Assembly: GCA_963804645.1 (NCBI GenBank)
Contig: CAWDRG010000006.1
Coordinates: 60,540-124,539, forward strand
Length of the DNA: 64,000 nt
Direction: 5' to 3'
Origin: an uncultured Bacillota bacterium
Lineage (GTDB): Bacteria; Sysuimicrobiota; Sysuimicrobiia; Sysuimicrobiales; Segetimicrobiaceae
Shown here: positions 41,878-51,258 of the stretch, one piece after another
Layout of the letters: every line of letters starts with the position of its first letter
How positions within the stretch are numbered: the first letter of the stretch is position 1
The notes under the pieces: generated by a model
Seen by the model: the letters and a program-made list of their open reading frames with translations, nothing else
The model's database searches: none
What the model was told of the DNA's origin: nothing
Position numbers and translations under genes: made by a program

Positions 41878-42414
41878 ATGCCATCGTGTCCGAATTGTGG
41901 TGCCCAGCTTGCCTCCGAGGCCGCAATCTGTGAGGCGTGTGAAGCCAGACGCAGGTCGTCCCGCACGGCCCCGCCCAGCGCTTCGGCGCTCGGGATCGTC
42001 CATTCGTGGTCTACCGCCGCGCCGCCGCTGCAAAAGCTGACGCTCGTCGGGGGCGCGCTGGCCGTGATCGGTTCGTTCCTCCCGTTCTACGCGGTGAACC
42101 TGCCAGAGGGCATGGGGTCCGCGGCATCGATGTCATTTCTGAACACAGGATTTCCTGGTGTGCTCACACTGGTGGCCGCCGTGGCGCTGGCTCTGATCGC
42201 CTTCATGCCCGCGCCGTCACGCCAGGTGACGCTCGCGGGCTTTGGGATCGCGACGCTGGTGCTCGGGATGTTCGTCTACGCGTTCACCGGCGCGGGGCTC
42301 GAAGGGGCGAATCCCGCCGCGGCCGGGCTCGTCAGCCACGGGATTGGTGCCTACGTGCTTGGGATCGGCGCTCTCCTCCTGGAGTACGCCTACGTTCAGC
42401 AGGTCGCGAAATAG
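41878..42414 (+). CDS. zinc-ribbon membrane protein
   Basis: MPSCPNCG..ICEAC followed by about four TM helices; RBS GGAGG. Confidence 0.7.
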   Translation: MPSCPNCGAQLASEAAICEACEARRRSSRTAPPSASALGIVHSWSTAAPPLQKLTLVGGALAVIGSFLPFYAVNLPEGMGSAASMSFLNTGFPGVLTLVAAVALALIAFMPAPSRQVTLAGFGIATLVLGMFVYAFTGAGLEGANPAAAGLVSHGIGAYVLGIGALLLEYAYVQQVAK

Positions 42415-42509
42415 GCCGCAACGGCCTGGCACAGCCGCACGAGACGATTGATATACTCATCCGGTACGCAGGACGGTGCGCTGGCACCGTCGAGAGGGGG
42501 AGTTGGCAG

Positions 42510-42863
42510 ATGAGACGCTTTCTCGCGGGTGTGATCACGGGGGTCGTCGTGGGGGTCATTTCCATCGGCTCGATGCCGTCGGCACGGGCCGACGTCGGGT
42601 CGTTCTTCATGAGCGTCTCGGACTTGTATGGCGAGAACGCCAGTTTTCAGCGAGGGTATGTTGCTGGCGTGTACGATGCGGTCCAAGTCCTTGCGCCCAT
42701 CGCCGGGCAGGGGAGCGCCCTGTATGGTGTCGCAGATTGCCTGGACAGGCAGGGCGACACGATCTCGCAATTCATCATCTATGCGGACAACGCGCTGAAA
42801 CGAGCTCCGTCGCAACGCAATGCCGCAGCCGACCCGATCATGGCGGCGTGCGTACGACGCTAA
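42510..42863 (+). CDS. small secreted hypothetical protein
   Basis: Signal peptide MRRFLAGV..ARA; RBS GAGGGGG. Confidence 0.65.
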   Translation: MRRFLAGVITGVVVGVISIGSMPSARADVGSFFMSVSDLYGENASFQRGYVAGVYDAVQVLAPIAGQGSALYGVADCLDRQGDTISQFIIYADNALKRAPSQRNAAADPIMAACVRR

Positions 42864-42882
42864 ACGAATCGCCGGGCCGGCC

Positions 42883-43425
42883 ATGATGGGACTGCTACAG
42901 GTCGAGCCGTTACCGAGATACCAGCCGGAGATCGGGCGCGCGTTCTGGGCGCTCGAGGCGGCGCGCCGCCGCACGCTCAACTTGGTCGAGGGCATGGACG
43001 ACGTGACGCTCGACTGGGAGGGGCCGGACCGCCGAGAGAACGCCATCGCGTCGCTCCTGTACCACATCGCCTTCACAGAGATGTGGTGGCTGTTTCAGGG
43101 CATCTTGCAGCGCGACTTCCCGCCTTCGGTCGATGCCGGCGCTCAGTATCGGAGTCGCCAGGGCAGATTGACGCGTGTGCTCGGTGTCCCGATGGCGGAC
43201 CATCTGGCCTGTCTGCATCAGAGCCGCGAGTTTCTGCGGGAGGCGTGTCGGCCGATGTCGCTCGCAGAATGGCGCCGTGCCCGTCGCCCTCCCCACCGGC
43301 AGGACTGCATGGTCACCCCGGAATGGATCATCTTTCACCTCGTGGAACACGAAGCCGGTCACGCGTTTCAGATCAGCGCCCTGAGGGCGCGAGCGACGCG
43401 ATTCTTTGCGTCCCGGACGAGATGA
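42883..43425 (+). CDS. DinB family protein
   Basis: IASLLYHIA..E..W; HLVEHEAGH..QI. Confidence 0.85.
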   Translation: MMGLLQVEPLPRYQPEIGRAFWALEAARRRTLNLVEGMDDVTLDWEGPDRRENAIASLLYHIAFTEMWWLFQGILQRDFPPSVDAGAQYRSRQGRLTRVLGVPMADHLACLHQSREFLREACRPMSLAEWRRARRPPHRQDCMVTPEWIIFHLVEHEAGHAFQISALRARATRFFASRTR

Positions 43426-43667
43426 GATCGACCTGGAGAGGCCCGCTGGTGAGGTTCGAGTGCGGCGCGCCGCGGGGTACCGCGTGCAATAGTTGACGGC
43501 AATAATTGAACGGAACCCGTGGTGATCGGAGTCAGAAGTGCTGAGGCACGTCGTGCGACAGGCGCGGGTCCTCACGACGTGTCTCGGATGCCCGCCGCCT
43601 GCTCCGTCCCCGTGTTTTGTATGGACGTCCTCGAACTCAACGATGCTGGAGGACGGCGAGAGGCGCG

Positions 43668-45057
43668 CTACCGGTTTCGGTCGATCTCGAAGGGTCGTGC
43701 CTTGAAGAGCCGCGGGATGCCCCCGTCGCATCCGTCCATGAAGAACGCGTAGCCGTACTTCGACGTGTGGCCAGCCGCCGTGCCGGTGGACATGAACGAT
43801 GGGTACCACCCGTTGTACGCCGAGCCGCCTCCGCTCTGCGGCCCACAGCTGTCGACGCCGGCCGTCTGTCCCTTCTGATGCACCGGAGCAAGCGTGCCCG
43901 GAATCCTGTGGGGCGTGCTCCCAATCCTCCAGCGCCAGGCTGGTCGCCGTCGCGTAATACCAGGCCGCGGCGACCTGCTGGCCGCTCGAAGTCAGTGAGA
44001 TGCACACGAACGTCATGACGTACCGCTTGAGCGGTTCGTTGTAGCTGATCTGGCTTTGCAGCTGGGCCCCGGATTGAAACCCGGGGCATCCGCCGAGCGG
44101 CGGGGTGGTCGGGGAGACGGCCGCGGTGTCCAGGCCCCCGATGCCCGGCTGCGTGAATCCGCCCTGATACCACTTCATGAAGGTCAGGGTGTTGTTCCCG
44201 TTCAGCAGGGCGCGGGCGACGCGGACCTTGCCGTCGCCCCTCGGATCGGTGACGCCGCCCGGCCCCTGCAGGCCGACCGGGCCGGCCGCGTAGAGGTACG
44301 TGACGTAGACGTAGGTCCCGCCGCTCGTGCTGACGTCGTCGACGAAGGCGCTCGGGATGGCATCTCCCATGCCCTGCGTCAGCGGCTGCGTGGTCGGTTG
44401 GGGGACGGGGACCTTGAGGACGGGGTATCGGGTCGAGTTGCCGAGCTCGCCGTCGACCGGCGCCGGCCACGTCTTCCCGTAGTCCGACGACCGCACGAAC
44501 CCGATCGTGGCGTAGAAGGGGAACTCGTACGTGGCGCCGGCGCAGTGGTTTTCGGCCTCGTACAGCATGAGGAGGTTGCCCCGCGGCAGCGTCGGGTCGC
44601 GCAGCACTGATCCGGGCGCCGCGTAGTTGAGGTCGAACGTGGGGTCATAGGTCGAGTTGCACTTGGTGAACGGGTTGAGGGAGAACAGCACCTCCTTCGT
44701 CCCGTAGCCGTCGGCGAACCGCAGCGGGTTCCAGATGACGTTCGGGGCGGTGGATGATTGCAGCACCACCGCGCCGGTCGACGTGGCCTGCGTGGTCCGA
44801 CTGGCCGCGAAGAAGACGAACTCCGAGTTCGAGTCGAGCGCGTGCGGCGGGAAGATCGTCGTGTGCTCGTCGGCCAGTGTGTCGAGGCCGTGCGGGTGCC
44901 CAAGGATCAGTTCGCGTCCGACCGTGAAGGCGATCCCGGCCGCGGGCGTGGGGCTCGACACCCCGTTGGTGAGCGCGTACGCAGAGATGGCCGCGGCTGC
45001 CATGAGCACGATCAGGATCCAACTGAAGCTGAGACGTCTCCCCGTGAGATGACGCAT
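43668..45057 (-). pseudogene. frameshifted paralog of 37457-38842
   Basis: Colinear protein; one extra G after the EDW codons near 43921 shifts the frame; C-terminus in ORF 43668-43883. Confidence 0.75.
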
Positions 45058-45173
45058 CGCACTCACCTCGCTCGTGATGGATCGTCGGCCGCACGTCCGT
45101 GAAGCGCGCTGCTCATCCGCTTGATTGACCGTGCGGCCTCCGCGATCCTCTCGCGGCGCGCGTCCCGTTGTCA

Positions 45174-45206
45174 GAGGGGACCGGGTCCAGTCGGGTCGAG
45201 GGCGCA
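45174..45206 (+). repeat. tRNA-Thr copy 7 (heavily degenerate T-arm/acceptor remnant)
   Basis: accgggtccagtcgggtcgagggc is 21/24 identical; same position relative to the paralogous gene as copy 6. Confidence 0.7.
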
Positions 45207-45266
45207 GACTGTGCTGGGATTCGGGGTCGCCGGCCTGGCCGACCACCGGGCACTCCCGGTCCGGCC

Positions 45267-45527
45267 TTACGCGCGCGGATCGCGGGGGTACGGCCGATTC
45301 GGCAGCGCCGTGTTCCACTCTCTCGCCGTCTGCTCGATGACCTCGCGCACAATCTCATGCGGGAGCTTTCGCGTGATCCCCGCGAACCGCCGAATGCACT
45401 CGATCGCCTCCGGCGACAATCCCAGCGCGCGCACGAGATCGAGGGATTTCTGGAATTTGGCGCGGCTCAGCATGCCGTCGAAGCTGGTATCTCGATGTTC
45501 CGGATGCGCCCGTCGACCGTTAGACAT
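45267..45527 (-). CDS. small hypothetical protein
   Basis: 86-aa ORF with a G-rich RBS; no recognised motif. Confidence 0.35.
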   Translation of the reverse strand: MSNGRRAHPEHRDTSFDGMLSRAKFQKSLDLVRALGLSPEAIECIRRFAGITRKLPHEIVREVIEQTAREWNTALPNRPYPRDPRA

Positions 45528-45603
45528 CTCACACCCCCGAGTTCTCCATGCCCGAGGCGCCTCGGTGCTAGATAAGATGAACGAGCCGGCGACCCGCGTA
45601 ATA

Positions 45604-45837
45604 CCTGAATCCGGCGGGGAATGTCCAGATTTAGAGCCAGCCGATCTGCTCCGAGCTTGCCAATGGCGCACCGGCGGGCCAATGGACCACGAAATTTGCT
45701 CTGCCAGGATAATTACACTGGAGTGAAGATATCCTGAAAGGGCACAATTTCTCCCTCGGATCGCACCGGCCCAAGTAATTCGCGGCTTCCGCGACAGGCG
45801 TGCTCTTCAAAGTTGCACAGATGCCGCCGGATTCAGG
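45604..45837. mobile_element. 234-bp MITE
   Basis: 14-bp perfect TIR CCTGAATCCGGCGG; 5-bp TSD TAATA at 45599-45603 and 45838-45842. Confidence 0.8.
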
Positions 45838-45893
45838 TAATACGTGGGTTGCCACCAGGACGGAGGCCTATCCACATACGGGGGTGCCGGCTC

Positions 45894-47003
45894 ATGGATC
45901 AGCATAGCATAGTGGTTGGTCTGGATGTCCACAAAGGGAGCATCACGGCCGCGGTCCTGCCGCCAAACGTTGCGCGGCCTCAGGAGACGTGCACGATCGA
46001 GAACGACGCGCGGGCCGTCGAGCGCTTGGTGAAACGGATCATGAAGAACGGGAATGCGGTGTTTGTGTACGAGGCGGGGCCGTGTGGATATACGCTGCAC
46101 CGGCAGTTGTATCGTCTGGGCTGCCAGGCGGCGGTGATCGCCCCGGGCCTGACGCCCGTGCGTCCCGGCGATCGGGTCAAAACGGATCGGCGTGACGCGG
46201 AGAACTTGGCCCAACTCTATCGCGCGGGGCAACTCACGGAAATTCGGGTGCCCACCGGGGAAGAGGAAGCGGCCAGAGACCTCGTCCGTGCGCGCGAAGA
46301 CGCCGTGGCCGACCGGCTGCGCGCCCGACATCGGCTGAGCAAATTTCTCCTTCGTCAAGGACGGCTGTACGATGGCAAGCAAGCGTGGAGTCAGAAGCAT
46401 TACGCGTGGCTCCGTCAGCAACGGTTTGAGTTGACGTTGGCCCAGCAGACGTTTGATGCGTATCTCCGCGGGGTCGAAGAAGCCGACGCCCGGTTGGCGA
46501 GTTTGACCACCCAGGTGCTCGAACTGGCGCAACGGCCGAGCTATGCGGCGCTTGTGCAAGGCCTGCGCTGTCTGAAAGGCGTCGACACGCTGACCGCGAT
46601 CACACTGATTGTCGAAACACAGGACTTCCGGCGCTTTGGGCACGCCCGCGCGTACATGGACTTCACCGGCTTGGTGTGCTCCGAGAACAGCAGCGGAGAC
46701 AGGACCCGCCGCGGCTCTATTACGAAAGTCGGCAACGCGCATCTCCGCCGTGTCCTGGTCGAAGCGGCCTGGAGCTACTCGCATCACAACAGCAGCGGCG
46801 CGACGATCACCAAACGACGCCACGGCTGTCCGGCGGCAGTGGTGCAGATCGCCCGCCGTGCGCAGGACCGGCTTCACCGCCGCTACTGGCGCCTGACCCA
46901 GCGCAATAAGCCACGGCCAGTCGCGATCGTCGCCGTCGCGCGGGAGTTGGCAGGATTCGTCTGGGCAATCGCGCATAGCGTGTCGAGCACCACCGCGGCG
47001 TAG
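45894..47003 (+). CDS. IS110 family transposase (DEDD recombinase)
   Basis: VGLDVHK, YEAGPCG, KTDRRDA, SENSSG, ITKVGN, VAVARELAGF. Confidence 0.95.
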   Translation: MDQHSIVVGLDVHKGSITAAVLPPNVARPQETCTIENDARAVERLVKRIMKNGNAVFVYEAGPCGYTLHRQLYRLGCQAAVIAPGLTPVRPGDRVKTDRRDAENLAQLYRAGQLTEIRVPTGEEEAARDLVRAREDAVADRLRARHRLSKFLLRQGRLYDGKQAWSQKHYAWLRQQRFELTLAQQTFDAYLRGVEEADARLASLTTQVLELAQRPSYAALVQGLRCLKGVDTLTAITLIVETQDFRRFGHARAYMDFTGLVCSENSSGDRTRRGSITKVGNAHLRRVLVEAAWSYSHHNSSGATITKRRHGCPAAVVQIARRAQDRLHRRYWRLTQRNKPRPVAIVAVARELAGFVWAIAHSVSSTTAA

Positions 47004-47068
47004 AGTACCAGGAACAGATTCCGAGGATCGACGGACGTGTTCTGGACCTGGAGGCGAAGCAGCGGTCA

Positions 47069-47200
47069 GGAGCATCCTCGAGGGGTCTATGTGGCGGACA
47101 GGCTGACGTCTGTGCCGACCCACGTTCCTAGATTGAGGCAGCTCCCGACGAATCACAATCATGTGCGCTCTGCCCGCTTCGTGCGGGTAACCGCCGAATA
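47069..47200 (+). ncRNA. bridge/seek RNA of the outer IS110, 5' part (remainder at 48633-48650)
   Basis: Stem-flanked loop with GGGGTCTA and CGTTCCTAGA matching the element's own flanks; stem AATCAC/GTGATT spans the nested IS. Confidence 0.7.
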
Positions 47201-47212
47201 CGCATGAAAATG

Positions 47213-48418
47213 TCAAGGCTTTTCTCGCTGCCTCGTGCCGTGGCGGGTAGCGACGAAGGCTCGGTAGTGTCCCTCCGCATCTTGTAAGACCTGCCGTTCT
47301 TCAGCCGGCGTCAACGTTTGCTCGTTGGTCTTGTCCGGCTTGCGTGGACGGCCCCGTCGGCTGGGTGCGCCTGCGGTCAGCTCCACTCGACGTAGCTTGT
47401 GCGCCGTAAGACTCGGAGGCGTCCATTTGTAGTCGGTCCTATCCGCGAGCAGGTGCCAGGCCACCACCGCTAGCTTGCGCGCCACGGCGACGATCGCGAT
47501 GGCGCGCCCGCGGCGAGCGCGCACACGATCGTAGAAGGCATGCAGAGGACCGGGCACACGGATTGCGGACTGGGCCGCTTCGACCAACAGCCCACGCGCA
47601 TGCGCCTGTCCCTGTCGGCTGATGTGGCCTGTATGAGCGGGTCGCTCACCGGATTGGCGCACCCGTGGATCCAGGCCCAAATAGCCGACCAACTGCGTCG
47701 GCCGCTGAAACCGTGCGACGTCTCCGATGACAGCGAGGAGAGCGACCGACGTGATCAACCCCACACCAGGGATCGTCATCAATCGCGTCGCCTGCGGATC
47801 CGCGAGAGCGGCCTGCGCGATCCGTTGTTCGGCTAACTTGATCTCCGCGTCGACGGCGGTGAGCAGGCGGAGCGCACTATCGACTTGGTCCTTCTCTTCG
47901 CGCGGAAGCGGCACACTCGCGAGCCAGCGACAGCCGGCCTTCCCGAACAGGTCCGTGAAGGAGTGTCCAATGAGATTGCGGTGCAGCACCCCGTGAATCC
48001 GATTCCGAAGACGCGTCCGCTGCTGAACCAGCGACTGATGATGGGCGACCTGATGGCGGAGCGCTCGTGTCACCGGATCTGGTGTCCACACAGGCGGGAT
48101 AAAATCCGCCGCGAGCAATTGTGCCAAAATTGCGCTGTCCACTCGGTCAGTCTTGACCTTGGCACTCGCGATGGCCCGCGTGCGCATTGGATTGGACACA
48201 ATGACTTCACCGGCATGCTCACTCAGCAATTCGGCGATCGCCCATGTATTCACGCTCGCCTCGAGGACGACGCGATCCGTCGAGTGCAGCGTGCGCGCAA
48301 AAGCTCGCAATGCGGCGGGCGTCGTCTCAATGCGTTGCCGTTGCTGAACCTTGCGTCCGTGTTCAAGTACGGCGACTTCAGCAAAGCGTTTGTGGACGTC
48401 CAGCCCTATCGATCGCAT
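47213..48418 (-). CDS. IS110 family transposase
   Basis: IGLDVHK, VLEAS, KTDRVDS, IPGVG, QSG, VAVARKL. Confidence 0.95.
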   Translation of the reverse strand: MRSIGLDVHKRFAEVAVLEHGRKVQQRQRIETTPAALRAFARTLHSTDRVVLEASVNTWAIAELLSEHAGEVIVSNPMRTRAIASAKVKTDRVDSAILAQLLAADFIPPVWTPDPVTRALRHQVAHHQSLVQQRTRLRNRIHGVLHRNLIGHSFTDLFGKAGCRWLASVPLPREEKDQVDSALRLLTAVDAEIKLAEQRIAQAALADPQATRLMTIPGVGLITSVALLAVIGDVARFQRPTQLVGYLGLDPRVRQSGERPAHTGHISRQGQAHARGLLVEAAQSAIRVPGPLHAFYDRVRARRGRAIAIVAVARKLAVVAWHLLADRTDYKWTPPSLTAHKLRRVELTAGAPSRRGRPRKPDKTNEQTLTPAEERQVLQDAEGHYRAFVATRHGTRQREKP

Positions 48419-48434
48419 GCAGACCCCCTTGGGA

Positions 48435-48600
48435 CCCAGCCGGGCACCACAACACCTACGCATCCGCGCTCGCAGCGCAACCGGGTCAGTCGCAGGGGCG
48501 GCCAGATATCAGATCGGACTCGTGGTCCATATTCGCGACGGCCTGCCCGTTGCTGGTGGTCCCTTGTGCCCCATGGCCCGGCTCCGCTACGATAAGTCGG
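48435..48600 (-). ncRNA. bridge RNA of the nested IS110 (boundaries approximate)
   Basis: Target loop CGAATAT-hairpin-TCTGATAT; donor loop ACCCGGT-hairpin-ATGCGTA. Confidence 0.75.
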
Positions 48601-48824
48601 AACCGGGTGGGACACCTCTTTCATAACCGATATCAGAGTGATTCACCGTCGCGAACGCTTCGCTTCCAGGACCCGAATACGCCGTCCATCCTCTGGGACG
48701 ACGGAGGGCCGTTCGTGGCTTGACCTACACGGTACTTGACAGGCTCGTTCATATCAGACCCCGCGGGAGTGGCACCCTGCCGGAGCCGCTGAGCCGCGCG
48801 CTGACCCGTCTGCTGTCCTCGCCG

Positions 48825-49901
48825 TCACGCGAAGAACGATGTCAGATGCTGGATGATCATGATCGTCGAGATCGTCACGGACACCATCGCGTAGACCACA
48901 GCGACGGCCGGACGCCGCATCACTAAGTTTCCGATCGCGGCGATCGCGGGGAATCCCGCGAGCAGCAACCGGATGCCGGACACCGTGCCGACGGTGCACA
49001 GGACGGCGGCCACCGTCGCCGCGCTGAACACGGCGAGATCACGCGCCCCGTCGCGCCACAGCACCCAGCACCCGAACGCCGAGATCGCGACGAACACGTA
49101 GTGGCGAAGCAGCCAGATCCACCGATGTGCGTCCCCCCGGAGCATCCAGAATCCGCTGGCCGGGCCGTACAGAAACCACATCGGCTGCTGCCACGGCCAC
49201 GTCAAGGACACGTTCCAGCCTGCGCGCTCGTCCCTGAAATAGGCGAACGGGGTTCCCGCCGCGATCCACTGCCAGGCGACGATGCCGACGGCTGCCGCGA
49301 CCAAGGGCACCAGAAACAGCAGCCGCGGCTGCCATGGGGACTTTGCCGCCGCCGTCATCGCCAGCACGGCCGGTCCGGCGACGTACCGGCCGGTGACGGC
49401 CGCGGCGACCAACGCGCCCGCGGCCAGCGGCGTGACGCGCCCGAGCGCCGCACTGCGATACAGCCAGAGCCCGCCGGCCATGCAGAGGACGTACACGCTC
49501 TCGCTGTACCCGAACGTGCTGACGCTCACCCAGGTCGGGAACAGCGCGAAGAACATCGCCGCGCGCCACCCCATGAGCGGCACGAGCACGGCCACCGCCG
49601 CGAGCGCCGCCGCATTGCTGACGATCAACGGCGACCACCATCCTGCTCCCACCAGCCGCAGCATCGCCGGGAACAGCGGCGAGAACGCGTAGACGTTCGC
49701 GTACACGTGGTAGCCGAACCGTGCCAGCATCAAGTAGATCACGGCGTCCCACCGGTGCGCCAGCGGACCCAGGAACGACGGCAGGGCCGGGGCGCCCATC
49801 AGCTCGTAGGCCGCCGTGCACGCCGCGACTTTGACCGCGATCGCGGCGCCGACCACCCAGATGATGTGGGTCCACGTCCGGCCGAGCGCCGCGCAGGTCA
49901 T
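48825..49901 (-). CDS. GT-C membrane glycosyltransferase (mannosyltransferase-like)
   Basis: RWDA..Y..LA..GY, AFSPLFP, GYSES; multiple TM helices. Confidence 0.75.
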   Translation of the reverse strand: MTCAALGRTWTHIIWVVGAAIAVKVAACTAAYELMGAPALPSFLGPLAHRWDAVIYLMLARFGYHVYANVYAFSPLFPAMLRLVGAGWWSPLIVSNAAALAAVAVLVPLMGWRAAMFFALFPTWVSVSTFGYSESVYVLCMAGGLWLYRSAALGRVTPLAAGALVAAAVTGRYVAGPAVLAMTAAAKSPWQPRLLFLVPLVAAAVGIVAWQWIAAGTPFAYFRDERAGWNVSLTWPWQQPMWFLYGPASGFWMLRGDAHRWIWLLRHYVFVAISAFGCWVLWRDGARDLAVFSAATVAAVLCTVGTVSGIRLLLAGFPAIAAIGNLVMRRPAVAVVYAMVSVTISTIMIIQHLTSFFA

Positions 49902-50136
49902 CGGCGTGCCTCCAGGTGACACGGGGTTTCGGCCGCCTCGATGGCGTCGGGTGTCTCACGTCCGCGACGTCGGCGGTGCTCTCCGAGGCTCCGCGATTCG
50001 CTTGTTCGGCGAGGTCCTCCTGCCGAACGGCGGCGGCCCGCCCCGCGTTCGCGTGGTCGATGTTCCTGCGGGGGAATCCGGACGGACGACGATGAAGGCG
50101 AGAGCACAGGCACGGCGGGTGACGGGGAGGATGACG

Positions 50137-51054
50137 ATGGCGGTGGCACGGGTCGCGATCATCGCGCCGGGATCGATGGGCGCAGGCGTCGGGGCGCATC
50201 TCCGCGCGCACGGGGCGGAGGTGTACACGTGTCTTGCAGGCCGCGGCACGTGGTCGGGAGAGCGCGCGCGCAGGGCCGGCATGACCGCGGTGCCTGATGA
50301 CGTCGAACTGGTGCGGTCCGTGGACGTGTTCTTGTCGATCGTGCCGCCGGGTGCCGCGGTGGGGACGGCGGAGCGCATCGCGGCGGCGATGACACGCGGC
50401 GGTGTGACCCCCGTGTACGCCGAGTGCAATGCGATCGCCCCGGAGACCGCGCGGGCGATCGACCGGACGGTCGCGGCCGCCGGCGCCACGTGCGTCGACG
50501 CCGGCATCATCGGGGGACCGCCGCGGCCCGGGGGCGCGGGGCCGAGATTCTACGCGTCCGGCGCGGACACGTCCGGGTTGGTGCGCCTGCGTGATCACGG
50601 GCTCGACGTCCGGCCAATCGGGCCGGAGATCGGGCAGGCGTCGGCGCTGAAGATGTGCTACGCGATGTGGTCGAAGGGCTCGCAGGCGCTCGCCGTGGGC
50701 TTGCTGGTGACGGCGGCGCTGGCCGGCGTGTCGGATCCGCTGCTGGCGCAGTTTCGCGAGTCGGAGCCGGAGCTACTCACGTCGATAGAGCGCCGGCTGC
50801 CCGGGATGCCTCCGAAGGCGTACCGCTGGGTCGCCGAGATGGAGGAGATGGCCAAGACGCTCCGGGACAGCGGGCTGCCCGACGAGACGTTCATGGGGGC
50901 GGCGCGAGTGTATCAGATGATTGCCGACTCCCCGCTCGGCCGCGAGACCACCGAGCGGCGGGAGCGGGGCCAGACGGTCCAAGATATCGTCGAGACGCTC
51001 GCCGCGTGGTGCGCTGCGCCGGCGGCGCAGGGCGGAGGCGGCGCCTCGGGGTAG
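50137..51054 (+). CDS. NAD(P)-dependent oxidoreductase with DUF1932 domain
   Basis: IIAPGSMG, ECNAIAP, DAGIIGGPP, ASALKMCYA, RWVAEMEE. Confidence 0.85.
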   Translation: MAVARVAIIAPGSMGAGVGAHLRAHGAEVYTCLAGRGTWSGERARRAGMTAVPDDVELVRSVDVFLSIVPPGAAVGTAERIAAAMTRGGVTPVYAECNAIAPETARAIDRTVAAAGATCVDAGIIGGPPRPGGAGPRFYASGADTSGLVRLRDHGLDVRPIGPEIGQASALKMCYAMWSKGSQALAVGLLVTAALAGVSDPLLAQFRESEPELLTSIERRLPGMPPKAYRWVAEMEEMAKTLRDSGLPDETFMGAARVYQMIADSPLGRETTERRERGQTVQDIVETLAAWCAAPAAQGGGGASG

Positions 51055-51258
51055 GCGGCGTGCGGGCTGTGGCTCGGAGCGACGCGGGCATGCGGTCGTT
51101 GTGCCGGACCGGACATCCTCGTTGGGTGTGGGGATCGGCGATGCGGTGACCGGATGAGTGGCAGGGGGTCGCGCACGCGTCAGCAGGGAGGAGGATCGGA
51201 CCCCCGGAGCGGTGCAAGACACGTCGCGACCAAATGCGACACGAAAGGCGGTGGATCC

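Larger units (their letters stand above)
47198..48632 (-). mobile_element. nested IS110-family element with a 5' non-coding end
   Basis: Core ATA at 47198-47200 and 48630-48632; removing it restores ccgccgaATAtcagagtg; circle junction gives TTGACA-17-TATGAA. Confidence 0.85.
45570..48758 (+). mobile_element. IS110-family (IS1111-type) element, interrupted by two nested insertions
   Basis: Perfect sub-terminal IRs ATGAACGAGCC (45577-45587) / GGCTCGTTCAT (48742-48752); core AGA at both ends; circle junction gives TTGACA-17-TAAGAT. Confidence 0.85.

Noticed and set aside
43448..43465. ggtgaggttcgagtgcgg as a further tRNA repeat
   Set aside because: Only a T-loop-like heptamer; no acceptor or anticodon match.
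48598..48639. RNRVGHLFHNRYQS, resembling a REP-associated tyrosine transposase motif
   Set aside because: It spans the left end and junction of the nested IS110 and the outer IS non-coding end; no other part of such a gene is present, so it is likely coincidence.
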